A stretch of DNA of 64,000 nucleotides from Tubulanus polymorphus (taxonomy: Eukaryota > Animalia > Nemertea), in contig NC_134026.1 of assembly GCF_964204645.1 (NCBI RefSeq), positions 7,897,950 through 7,961,949 on the forward strand, read 5' to 3'. The notes under the pieces are model-generated. The model was not told where the DNA came from, searched no databases, and saw nothing but the letters and a program-made list of their open reading frames with translations. The position numbers and the translations under genes were made by a program. How positions within the stretch are numbered: the stretch's first letter is position 1; each line of letters opens with the position of its first letter. This document shows positions 36,701-48,416 of this stretch, piece by piece.

Positions 36701-37176
36701 CATTTTTAATCCGTCCGTTTCCACGTTTCCAGGCTATTCAACTACACTGTCATCACTGAACATGTTAACTTACAAAATATTGAGTTCAGTGGTCCTAGTT
36801 TGGTTGAACGGATATCCCTAATTCGAACCTAGGTTTGGATTTAACTGTTTATCTTCTGATTAGAAAATTGGAAATAATGCTGGAGTAAATAACTGCCCTT
36901 GATAACTCCTGGCTACGGAGCTGTGTAGTGTATTTATGTGATTCAATAAAGAACTGATGCCGTTTTTACTTGTGTATTTCCTGAAAAGAACTTATAGACA
37001 TTTTCCGAACCTGTTCAGATATTTTACTGTAAGATATAACACCATTTACAATGTATTTTTCTACAACAAATAATTATTGCTAATTTAGTTACATTTGTAT
37101 TTTACGCTGCAAATAATTTTCTCAAAATCGGAATAAATTGGGTAACTGGTTCTTCTACTGTGAAACTAAAACGAAA

Positions 37177-37318
37177 CGTTCATGGTTAATAGTAGCAATT
37201 TCTCCAAAACGGCGGCACTTGTGCTCTTCCGGTTCACATCTCGTTTGATATGTACCACCGAGATTCGCTAGATTTACTACCCAACATCGATAATTACTGC
37301 AGTGAATGTACTGGTTCT
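37177..37318 (+). pseudogene. Isolated GPCR TM3-ICL2-TM4 fragment; duplicate at ~44226-44363
   Basis: TTCATGGTTAATAGTAGCAAT...CACATCTCGTTTGATATGTAC...GCAGTGAATGTACTGG with indels. Confidence 0.85.
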
Positions 37319-37925
37319 AAGTTGGGATTCAACGTTTTATCTACTTCATGGTTAATGGAATTGTTTTAGGAATAAACAGCTGCCATTGAGAACTGCTGGA
37401 TACTGCCCTGTACAATTATGAGATTTAATAATGAACTGCTGCTAATTTACCCAAGTACTATTTTACCAACCTGTTCAGGTCTTTTACTATAACATTTCAC
37501 CATTTGCCATGCACAACGAACATTGATATTCAATTCAGTTACATTTTTATTTTGTACAATAGTCAACTTTCACAAAATCTGAGAGAATTGTGTCAGTGTT
37601 CTAAGAATTTGTTTTCTATTCGACGTTAATAAATCTACAGATGAGTTGTAGCTGTTATAGAGACTTAAATGATACCTATATATTAAAGTTGGATTAATTT
37701 TCCGATACGTGAGAAGACACGATCAGTTCCAGAACATTCTCAGACAGTCAGTACACTCTCAGGCAATCGATACTGTCTCAGACAATCAGTAAACTCTCAC
37801 ACAGTCAGGACACTCGCACACAGTCAGGAGACACTCTCAAACAGTCGGTACACTCTCAGGCGATCAGTACACTCTCAGATAGTCAGCACACTCTCAGACG
37901 ATCAGTACACACTCGCATTTGAATC

Positions 37926-38879
37926 ATGAATTCAACTCAGATAAATATGGGCAGAACTTATAACAGTTACATCGTTCTCTTGACTGTGGAGAACAGATCT
38001 GGGATCTACCGCACTGTGTCACTGGTCATTCTGCCTATCGTGTTCATGTTTGGGGCGTTTGGAAATTCAAGTACCATCCTGATAATGATAAGTCGTAGAT
38101 TTCGCAGTTTATCTTACGCTAACTATCTTATCATCTTGTCTCTCAGTGATTCCATGATCTGTATGAATCATACACTGATGCCTGTTTTACAGTTTGTTCT
38201 CTTGAATTTAACAACAGGTCCAATATTCATCATGAATTCTCTGATCAGTTGTCAAATATATGAATTTGTAATGGCGCTTGCAGCCTGCAATAGTTCGTGG
38301 TTTATAGTAGCAATATCTCTAGAACGTGCTTCAGTTGTGCTTTTCCCGTTCACATCTCGTTTGATATGTACACCGAGATTCGCTAGATTTACTATATTGA
38401 TAATTACTGCAGTAAATGTACTGGTTCTCATTCTTCTACCAACTTTGACGATTCATTTCACGGACCAGTTTTTCGGTTGTTACTATAGATTAGTTGACCA
38501 AACGACATATTTCACGATTACTGCCATCCACGTTTATCTCCTACCATTAACTTTAATCATTACATCAAATACTGTTATAATAATTCAGTTATTCAGACGT
38601 TCCGGAATGGTTTCGTCTGATCAGAAAGCTTCAAAATCAAAACGTACAACAAAAATGCTTATAACGGTTTCACTCGCATTTGCAATGTTTACACTTCCAA
38701 ATACTACCATCGCATTTTCACCAGTCTCACCGGAACAAAGCGAATTTCTCTTCGACATTTTCAATCAATTCCTGTTGTGTAATTATGTGGTAAATTTTTA
38801 CATATATCTATTACTGGGGCGAGAAATTCGTGAATATTTCTGTATGAAAATCCACTGTAGAAATTCAAACAACCATTAG
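37926..38879 (+). CDS. Intronless class A orphan GPCR, copy 6, 317 aa
   Basis: Full 7TM ORF with family motifs. Confidence 0.93.
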   Translation: MNSTQINMGRTYNSYIVLLTVENRSGIYRTVSLVILPIVFMFGAFGNSSTILIMISRRFRSLSYANYLIILSLSDSMICMNHTLMPVLQFVLLNLTTGPIFIMNSLISCQIYEFVMALAACNSSWFIVAISLERASVVLFPFTSRLICTPRFARFTILIITAVNVLVLILLPTLTIHFTDQFFGCYYRLVDQTTYFTITAIHVYLLPLTLIITSNTVIIIQLFRRSGMVSSDQKASKSKRTTKMLITVSLAFAMFTLPNTTIAFSPVSPEQSEFLFDIFNQFLLCNYVVNFYIYLLLGREIREYFCMKIHCRNSNNH

Positions 38880-40274
38880 GTTCAATTTGAATCACTTCTT
38901 ACAACACTTTTCAAACCGTTAGTAAACTCCGCTTACCTCAGATCTCGTTGGACCAAAAAAGGTTCTCCGAGAAAAGCAAATTTTGAGGCAGCCAGAGTGA
39001 TGTGATCCCGATCACAATTTTTATTAGAATTAAATGTCAACTTCCTTTTTACGGCCTTTGTAGCTCAATGGTCTTCACAATAACCAGACAAACTACGAAA
39101 CTAGAGCTCAGTAGACGCGTGGTTCCCGTATGTCTCCTGATCCAACCTAGGTTATGATTCTGGTGTTTGTCTCTTCAATAGAAAATGGAGCGTTTCTCTA
39201 TTTGAAATAACAATAAGGAACTTCCCTTGAAAACTCCTTGACCACTCCTAGCTGCTGTCTTGTGTCCTGTCTCTCTCCCTTTCATTCGGGATCTCGGGCA
39301 CTCTGTATCTCTATCAGCATCTAATAAATTAGACTTTAAATTATATATATCATTGTCTGTGTTGGTGCCATCCGAGGACCTTGTATCACCATTTCAAAAT
39401 TCAAATTCAAACTAACTTTATTGGTCCTTAATGTTACACCAATACATTATTGGTTTAACAGTTCAAAATGAATTCTGATACAACGTACATTTTTCTATAT
39501 TCAATTTAGTGACATTTAAGTTTTACACATTAATAAACATCACAGATTGTGTCAGATTTCTACGGAAGCGATAAAGGGCCTCGAGTTGTCGCTTTCCAAC
39601 TCGCCAAGTCGCCATATTTATGTCGACATATCGCGATATATCACGTTAAGTCGACATAAATATGTCGACATATCGTGACGTTTTGACGACATATTTCGTC
39701 TTCACGACCATTTTCCTCGTGACAAGTCGACATATTCATGACGACTTGAAACTCAGTCGTCATATCACTGTCGTCCTCATCTTATATTTCGACGTGTCTT
39801 CAAATGACGGCTTGTCCCGTGGAAAATGGGCGAAAAAGCGAAATTTGTCGTGACCTGTGTTTTCCCGTATTGAACTGATAGATATTTTCCAACCTATTCA
39901 GATTTTTTTCTATGACAAATATCACCATTTACAATGAATTCTTTTACAATGCATATTGATCTGAAATTACGTTACAATTGTAGTGTACACAACGATAAAC
40001 TTTCACAAAATATGAGTAAATTGTGTTAGATTTCGGAGAATTGATTTCATATTCGCTAACAATAGATCTTACGAATGAATTATGGCGGTAATAAAAGCTC
40101 GTGATATCTTTATATTCAAATTAAATATTTTCTAAATCAATTTTTCAATATGCGATCAGTTCCAGAACATTCTGACAGACAGCCAGTAAGTTCACTATCA
40201 CACAGTCAGAACACACTCAGACAATCAATACACTCTCACACGGTCAGTACACTGTCAGTTGATCCTCATGAGTC

Positions 40275-41225
40275 ATGAATTCTACTCGGATGCAAATCGG
40301 CAAAGCTTATAACAGTTACATCGTTCTCATGTCTGTGGTGAACAGGTCTGGAATCTACCGTACAGTGTCACTGGGCATTCTGCCTCTTGTGTTCCTATTA
40401 GGAGCCTTTGGAAATTCAGCTACTTTTCTGATAATGATAAGTCGCAGATTTCACAGTTTATCTTACGCTAACTATCTTATCGTTCTGTCAGTCAGTGATT
40501 TTACGTTTTGTAACAGTTATACACTAACGCCTGTTTTACAGTTTTTTCTCTTGCACGTTCAAGATGCTCCTATATTCATCATGAATTCTCTGACCAGTTG
40601 TCAAATCAATGAATTCACAGTGAACCTTGCAGCCTGCCAAAGTTCGTGGTTAATCGTAGCAATATCTCTAGAACGTGCGGCAGTTGTGCTCTTCCCGTTC
40701 ACATCTCGTTTGATATGTACACCGAGATTCGCTAGATTTGCTACATTGATGATTACTGCGGTGAATGTACTGATTCTTTATCTTTTACCGACTTTTTCGA
40801 TAAATATGAAGGATCCATCGTTCGGATGTTACTATAAACTAATTGACCAAATAAAATATTTCTCCATATTTGTAATCTACGCATATATTTTACCGTTATC
40901 TTTGATAATAACCTCTAATGCTGCTATAATAATTCAGTTATTCAGAAGTTCAAAAATGGTTTCGTCTGATCAGAAAACTACGAGATCAAAACGGACAACA
41001 ATAATGCTTGTAACAGTTTCACTTGCATTTGCCATATTTACACTTCCAATCACTATTACTACATATTTACCAATCCCAGTGGAACAGAGAAATTTTCTTT
41101 ATGACATATTTGTACAGTTTCAAATGTGTAACTATGTGGTAAACTTCTACATATATCTTTTACTGGGACGAGAAATTCGTGAATATTTCTGTATGAAAAT
41201 CCGCTGTAGAAATTCAGTCAGATAA
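40275..41225 (+). CDS. Intronless class A orphan GPCR, copy 7, 316 aa
   Basis: Full 7TM ORF with family motifs. Confidence 0.93.
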   Translation: MNSTRMQIGKAYNSYIVLMSVVNRSGIYRTVSLGILPLVFLLGAFGNSATFLIMISRRFHSLSYANYLIVLSVSDFTFCNSYTLTPVLQFFLLHVQDAPIFIMNSLTSCQINEFTVNLAACQSSWLIVAISLERAAVVLFPFTSRLICTPRFARFATLMITAVNVLILYLLPTFSINMKDPSFGCYYKLIDQIKYFSIFVIYAYILPLSLIITSNAAIIIQLFRSSKMVSSDQKTTRSKRTTIMLVTVSLAFAIFTLPITITTYLPIPVEQRNFLYDIFVQFQMCNYVVNFYIYLLLGREIREYFCMKIRCRNSVR

Positions 41226-41356
41226 CTATTGATTTCAAGTTCGATACAACAATTTCCATTATTCATTTAATCATAAAGTACTGTAACTCTAGTCTTATTT
41301 AGATACGAGCTTTCGCTAGTAATCAACTGTGGTTTTACCGGTAAATGAGTCCCTGA

Positions 41357-41760
41357 ATGGGCATTGCCTGTCTTGTTACTGTTTGGGGCGTTTTGAAATT
41401 CAGCTACTTTCCTGATAATGATAAGTTGAACATTCTGCAGTTAATCTTACGCTATCTTATCGTTTTGTCTCTCAGTGATTGCAAGTACTATATCAATTTT
41501 ACACTGATGCCTGTTTTACAGTTTGTTCTCTTGCACGTTAGAGATGGATCTGAATTCACAGATTAGTTGTCAAATATTTGAATTTATAATGGTGCTTGCA
41601 TCCATCGCTAGTTCGTGGTTAATAGTAGCAACATCTCTAGAACGAGCGGCAGTTGTGCTCTTCCGTCCACATCTCGTTTGATATAGTTCTTAGGTTTAGA
41701 GGGTCTTATGTTTAGTAACACCCCTTGAAAACATATATCTTTTACTGGGACGAGAAATTA
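41357..41760 (+). pseudogene. Degenerate GPCR pseudogene (TM1-ICL2 plus a TM7 remnant)
   Basis: Recognisable AAATTCAGCTACTTTCCTG, YLIVLSLSD, SLERAAVVLF with multiple indels. Confidence 0.85.
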
Positions 41761-41944
41761 TTTATGCCCCCCCCCCCCCATATAACGCCAACCGCCAGGT
41801 TTTCTCAATTGTACGTACATATCTGTACAAATACAAAGTAAACCGCCCCGTTATACCGCCAAAATCCGTTCTGCACCGGTGCAGGGCGGTATATCGGGGG
41901 CTGACTGTATTTGATCTGATCAGTTTTATATGATCTCGTTCTGG

Positions 41945-42513
41945 ATATCTCTAGAACGTGCTTCAGTTGTGCTCTTCCCGTTCACATCTCGTTTGATATG
42001 TACACCGAGATTTGCTAGATTTACTACATTGACAATTACTGCAGTGAATGCATTGTTTATATGTTTCAGCCCTGCTTTGTCGGTATATTTTAACGATCGG
42101 TTTTTCGGATGTTATTTCAAATTATTTGAGCAAATAACTTTTTTCACCATAATCACCATCGACGTTTATCTCCTATCATTAACTTTGATTATTACATCGA
42201 ATGCTGTTATAATAGTTCAATTATTCAGAGGTTCAAAAATGGTTTCGTCTGATCAGAAATCTACAAAATCAAAACGTACAACAATAATGCTTGTAACAGT
42301 TTCACTCGCATTTGCAATGTTTACACTACCAACCGCTGTTTATGTACTGTTACCAATTCATCGGAACAGAAAAATGCTCCGTTCAAAATTATCGATCAAT
42401 TTATCCATGTTTGCAACTATTCGGTTAATTTCTACATATATCTTCTACTAGGACGAGAAATTCGTGATTATTTCTGTATGAAAATCGGCTGTAGAAGAAA
42501 TTCAGTCAAATGA
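41945..42513 (+). pseudogene. 5'-truncated duplicate of GPCR copy 5 with frameshift
   Basis: Starts at the duplication junction in TM3; 1-bp deletion at ~42357. Confidence 0.9.
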
Positions 42514-44964
42514 CCATTAGATTTCAAGTTCGATTCACTTCATGCAACCTCTTGTTTTCCCATGTTAAGGAACCTGGAAATCAATTACGCTGCCCTTGAA
42601 AATTCGTGACAATGGACCTGATAAGAAACATGTGATAATTGATCGATAGTACAGTACTATATATACTCATTTGGCTGACTTCACAACCAAAAGGTGGGAT
42701 ATGGATGTGAGATCTGACGTCACCTCCCACGTGTTTATACATGCACGTGGGCCATTGTTTGACATGTCACTCCCCGGCCGATGCGACAACGTTAATTTGC
42801 AGGATTTCGCAAAAATTATGTCTTCTCGGGCCTCTACTATTCTTACTTTACACCAACAATATTACAAAACCTCTCGACTCTGTTTGCAGATGACACGACT
42901 ATATTTTACAGCGATAAAGACCCTATAGTTCTCGTTAATATAATTACTAATGACAGGCACCTCAACAACCCTCTCAACCGAAGGACAGTTGAAAAAGCAT
43001 TCATTAAAGGTTCTAGGCCCCGAATTTTGGAATATTAAGTACATATATTAAAAGATCAAAAAGTGTATTTTTGCAACAAGAAAGAACGATAAGGTCGGTG
43101 ATTTAGATTGAAAAATGGCCAAGCGCCCCAGCTGCTTGGTGTTATTATCAGAACACAAAATACGTAATATTTACAATAAGCATAGGTCAAACGCACCAGC
43201 TGTTTGACCTAATTAAATTAACTAGGAATTAAAAAGTTGATCTACTCGTTACCATGGCAACCCCATGATGGTAACTAGGCTATGACAACAAATAGTTGCC
43301 ATGGCGATGTATAAACTGAACGTTACAAATCATAAAAAATGGGATACAATATAAAAGATTGAGTCTTTACTATGTATATTCAAACCAAAGCAAGCTCAGC
43401 GGGATGTTGGGTGGGTAAAAAATTCTTTACTACTTATCGTTCTGTCCTGTTGCGGTGCGAAAGAAAGAAAGATCAGATGCAGTGGCTGTGATTGGCTGGT
43501 GGTAATTTGTAGAACAAAGGCGCCACTGTACGGTTACTAAAATGGATCTTCTTTTCTAGTAGCAAAAAATGCGATATGCAACCAGTCACATATCTTTGAT
43601 ATATGTATATGTATATGTACGTCGATACGCTATAATAATGATCCGTATTTTGTCGTTTTTCTTCTCCTTATTTTCATCTTATGTATATTCTTTTTCTGTC
43701 TTTTCTAGGGCAGCTTTCTTTAAGCTAACTGTTGTTTCAAAGCAGTCATTCGTTTAATATCATTACATCTTTAATCCGTCCGTTTCCACGTTTCCAGGCT
43801 ATTCAACTACATTGTCATCACTGAACATTTTAACTTACAAAATATTGAGTTCAGTGGTACTAGTTTGGTTGACCGGATATCCGTAATTCGAACCTAGGTT
43901 TGGATTCAACTGTTTATCTTCCTTATAGAAAATTGAAAATAATGCTGGAGTAAATAACTGCCCTTGACAACTCCTGGCTACGGAGCTGTGTAGTGTATTT
44001 AGGTGATTCAATAAAGAACTGATGCCATTTTTACTTAACTTATAGACATTTTCCGAACCTGTTCAGATATTTTTCTGTGAGATATTACACCATTTTACAA
44101 TTTATTTTTCTACTACAAATATTTATAGTTAATTTAGTTACATTTATATTTTACGCTACAAATAATTTTCACAAAATCGGAGTAAATTGGGTAACTGGTT
44201 CTTCAACTGTGAAACTAAAACGAAACGTTCATGGTTTATGATAGCAATATCTCCAAAACGTGCGGCACTTGTGCTCTTCCGGTTCACATCTCGTTTGATA
44301 TGTACCACCGAGATTCGCTAGATTTGTTATATTGATAATTACTGCAGTGAATGTACTGGTTCTAAGTTGGGATTCAACGTTTTATCTACTTCATGGAAAA
44401 TGGAATTGTTTTAGGAATAAACAGCTGCCATTGAGAACTGCTGGATACTGCCCTGTACAATTATGAGATTTAATAATGAACTGCTGCTATTTTACCCAAG
44501 TACTATTTTACCAACCTGTTCAGGTCTTTTACTATAACATTTCACCATTTGCAATGCACAACGAACATTGATATTCAATTCAGTTTCATTTTTATTTTGT
44601 ACAATAATCAACTTTCACAAAATCTGAGAGAATTTTGTGAGTGTTCTGAGAATTTGTTTTCTATTCGACGATAATAAATCTACAGATGAGTTGTAGCTGT
44701 TATAGAGACTTAAATGATACCTATATATTAAAGTTGGATTAATTTTCCGATACGTGAGAAGACACGATCAGTTCCAGAACATTCTCAGACAGTCAGTACA
44801 CTCTCAGGCAATCGGTACAGTCTCAGACATTCAGTAAACTCTCCCCCAGTCAGGACACTCGCACACAGTCAGGACACTCTCAGACAGTCGGTACACTCTC
44901 AGACGATCAGTACACTCTCAGATAGTCAGGACACTCTCAGATAGTCAGTTCTCGCATTTGAATC

Positions 44965-45768
44965 ATAAATTCTACTCAGATGCAAATCGGCAGAACTTAT
45001 AACAGTTACATCGTTCTCTTGACTGTGGAGAATAGATCTGGGAGCTACCGCACTGTGTCACTGGTCTTTCTGCCTATCGTGTTCCTGTTTGGGGCGTTTG
45101 GAAATTCAAGTACCATCCTGATAATGATAAGTCGTAGATTTCGCAGTTTATCTTACGCTAACTATCTTATCATCTTGTCTCCATGTTCTGTATTAATTAT
45201 ACACTGATGCCTGTTTTACAGTTTGTTCTCTTGCATTTAACAACAGGTCCAATATTCATCATGAATTCTCTGATCAGTTGTCAAATAAATGAATTTGTAA
45301 TGGCGCTTGCAGCCTGCAATAGTTCGTGGTTTATAGTAGCAATATCTCTAGAACGTGCTTCAGTTGTGCTTTTCCCGTTCACATCTCGTTTGATATGTAC
45401 ACCGAGATTCGCTAGATTTACTATATTGATAATTACTGCAGTAAATGTACTGGTTCTCATTCTTCTACCAACCTTGACGATTCATTTCAAGGACCAGTTT
45501 TTCGGTTGTTACTATAGATTAGTTGACCAAACGACATATTTCACGATTACTGCCATCCACGTTTATCTCCTACCGTTAACTTTAATCATTACATCAAATA
45601 CTGTTATAATAAGTAAATAATAATCAGTTATTCAGACGTTCAGGAATGGTTTCGTCTGATCAGAAAACTTCAAAATCAAAACGTACAACAATAATGCTTG
45701 TAACAGTTTCACTCGCATTTGCAATGTTTACACTTCCAAATACTACCATCGCATTTTCACCAGTCTCT
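44965..45768 (+). pseudogene. Pseudogenised duplicate of GPCR copy 6
   Basis: ATG>ATA at 44965, ~10-bp deletion at ~45180, insertion with stop at ~45612, and deletion of TM7/C terminus at ~45768. Confidence 0.92.
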
Positions 45769-46946
45769 TCTTACAACATTTTTCAAATCCTTAGTAAACT
45801 CCGCTTACCTCAGATCTTGTTGGACCAAAAAATGTTCTCCGAGAAAAGCTAATTTTGAGGCAGCCAGAGTGATGTGATCCCGATCACAATTTTTATTAGA
45901 ATCAAATGTCAACTTCCTTTTTACGGCCTTTGTAGCTCAATGGTCTTCACAATAACCAGACAAACTACCAAACTAGAGCTCAGTAGACGCGTGGTTCCCG
46001 TATGTCTCCTGATCCAACCTAGGTTAAGATTCTGGTGTTTGTCTCTTCAATAGAAAATGGAGCGTTTCTCTATGTGAAATAACAATAAAGAACTTCCCTT
46101 GAAAACTCCTTTACCACTCCTAGCTGCTGTCTTGTGTCCTGTCTCGCTCCCTTTCATTCGGGATCTCGGGCACTCTGTATCTCTATCAGCATCTAATAAA
46201 TTAGACTTTAAATTATATATATCATTGTCTGTGTTGGTGCCATCCGAGGAACCTTGTATCACCATTTCAAAATTCAAATTCAAACTAACTTTATTGGTCC
46301 TTAATGTTACACCAATACATTATTGGTTTTACAGTTCAAAATGAATCCTGATACAACGTACATTTTTCGATATTCAATTTAGTGACATTTAAGTTTTACA
46401 CATTAATAAACATCACAGTTTGTGTCAGATTTCTACGGAAGCGATAAAGGGCCTCGAGATGTCGCGTTCCAACTCGCCAAGTCGCCATATTTATGTCGAC
46501 ATACCGCGATAACGAACTGATGCATCATTGTAACTTGTGTTTTCCCGTATTGAACTGATAGATATTTTCCATCCTATTCAGATTTTTTTCTATGACAAAT
46601 ATCACAATTTACAATGAATTCTTTAACAATGTATATTGATCTCAAATTAAGTTAAAATTATAGTTTACACAATGATAAACTTTCACAAAATATGAGTGCA
46701 TTGTGTTAGATTTCGGAGAATTGATTTTCTATTCGCTGCTAACAATAGATCTTACGAATGAATTATGGCGGTAATAAAAGCTCGTGATATCTTTATATTC
46801 AAATTAAATATTTTCTAAATCAATTTTTCAATATGCGGTCAGTTCCAGAACATTCTGACAGACAGCCAGGGTACACTCTCACACAGTCAGAACACCCTCA
46901 GACAATCAGTACACTCTCTCACACTGTCATTTGATCCTCATGAGTC

Positions 46947-47897
46947 ATGAATTCTACTCAGATGCAAATCGGCAAAGCTTATAACAGTTACATCGTTCTC
47001 ATGTCTGTGGTGAACAGGTCTGGAATCTACCGTACTGTGTCACTGGTCATTCTACCTCTTGTGTTCCTATTAGGAGCCTTTGGAAATTCAGCTACTTTCC
47101 TGATAATGATAAGTCGCAGATTTCATAGTTTATCATACGCTAACTATCTTATCGTTCTGTCAGTCAGTGATTTTACGTTTTGTAGCAGTTATACACTAAC
47201 GCCTGTTTTACAGTTTTTTCTCTTGCACGTTAAAGATGCTCCTATATTCATCATGAATTCACTGACCAGTTGTCAAATCAATGAATTCATAGTGAACCTT
47301 GCAGCCTGCCAAAGTTCGTGGTTAATCGTAGCAATATCTCTAGAACGTGCGGCAGTTGTGCTCTTCCCGTTCACATCTCGTTTGGTATGTACATCGAGAT
47401 TCGCTAGATTTGCTACATTGATGATTACTGCGGTGAATGTACTGGTTCTTTATCTTTTACCGACTTTTTCGATATATTTGAAGGATCTATCGTTCGGATG
47501 TTACTATAAACTAATTGACCAAATAAAATATTTCTCCATATTTGTAATCTACGCATATATTTTACCGTTATCTTTGATAATAACCTCTAATGCTGCTATA
47601 ATAATTCAGTTATTCAGAAGTTCAAAAATGGTTTCGTCTGATCAGAAAACTACAAGATCAAAACGGACAACAATAATGCTTGTAACAGTTTCACTTGCAT
47701 TTGCAATATTTACACTTCCAATCACTATTACTACATATTTACCAATCCCAGTGGAACAGAGAAATTTTCTTTATGACATATTTGTACAGTTTCAAATGTG
47801 TAACTATGTGGTAAACTTCTACATATATCTTTTACTGGGACGAGAAATTCGTGAATATTTCTGTATGAAAATCCGATGTAGAAATTCAGTCAAATAA
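46947..47897 (+). CDS. Intronless class A orphan GPCR, copy 8, 316 aa (recent duplicate of copy 7)
   Basis: Full 7TM ORF differing from copy 7 at only about a dozen residues. Confidence 0.93.
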   Translation: MNSTQMQIGKAYNSYIVLMSVVNRSGIYRTVSLVILPLVFLLGAFGNSATFLIMISRRFHSLSYANYLIVLSVSDFTFCSSYTLTPVLQFFLLHVKDAPIFIMNSLTSCQINEFIVNLAACQSSWLIVAISLERAAVVLFPFTSRLVCTSRFARFATLMITAVNVLVLYLLPTFSIYLKDLSFGCYYKLIDQIKYFSIFVIYAYILPLSLIITSNAAIIIQLFRSSKMVSSDQKTTRSKRTTIMLVTVSLAFAIFTLPITITTYLPIPVEQRNFLYDIFVQFQMCNYVVNFYIYLLLGREIREYFCMKIRCRNSVK

Positions 47898-48029
47898 CCA
47901 TTGATTTCAAGTTCGATACAACAATTTCCATTATTCATTTAATCATTAAGTACTGTATAAATCTAGTCTTATTTAGATACGAGCTTTCGCTAGTAATCAA
48001 CTGTGGTTTTACCGGTAAATGAGTCCCTG

Positions 48030-48416
48030 AATGGGCATTGCCTATCTTGTTACTGTTTGGGGCGTTTTGAAATTCAGCTACTTTCCTGATAATGATAAGT
48101 TGAACATTCTGCAGTTAATCTTACACTATCTTATCGTTTGGTCTCAGTGATTGCAAGTACTGTATCCATTTTACACTGGTGCCTGTTTTACAGTTTGTTC
48201 TCTTGCACGTTAGAGATGGATCTGAATTCACAGATTAGTTGTCAAATATATGAAATTGCAATGGTGCTTGCATCCATCGCTAGTACGTGGTTAATAGTAG
48301 CAACATCTCTAGAACGAGCGGCAGTTGTGCTCTTCCGTCCACATCTCGTTTGATATAGTTCTTAGGTTTAGAGGGTCTTACGTTTAGTAACACACTTTTA
48401 CTGGGACGAGAAATTA
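48030..48416 (+). pseudogene. Degenerate GPCR pseudogene (duplicate of 41357-41760)
   Basis: Near-identical to 41357-41760; NSQISCQIYE..WLIVATSLERAAVVLF is visible. Confidence 0.85.
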
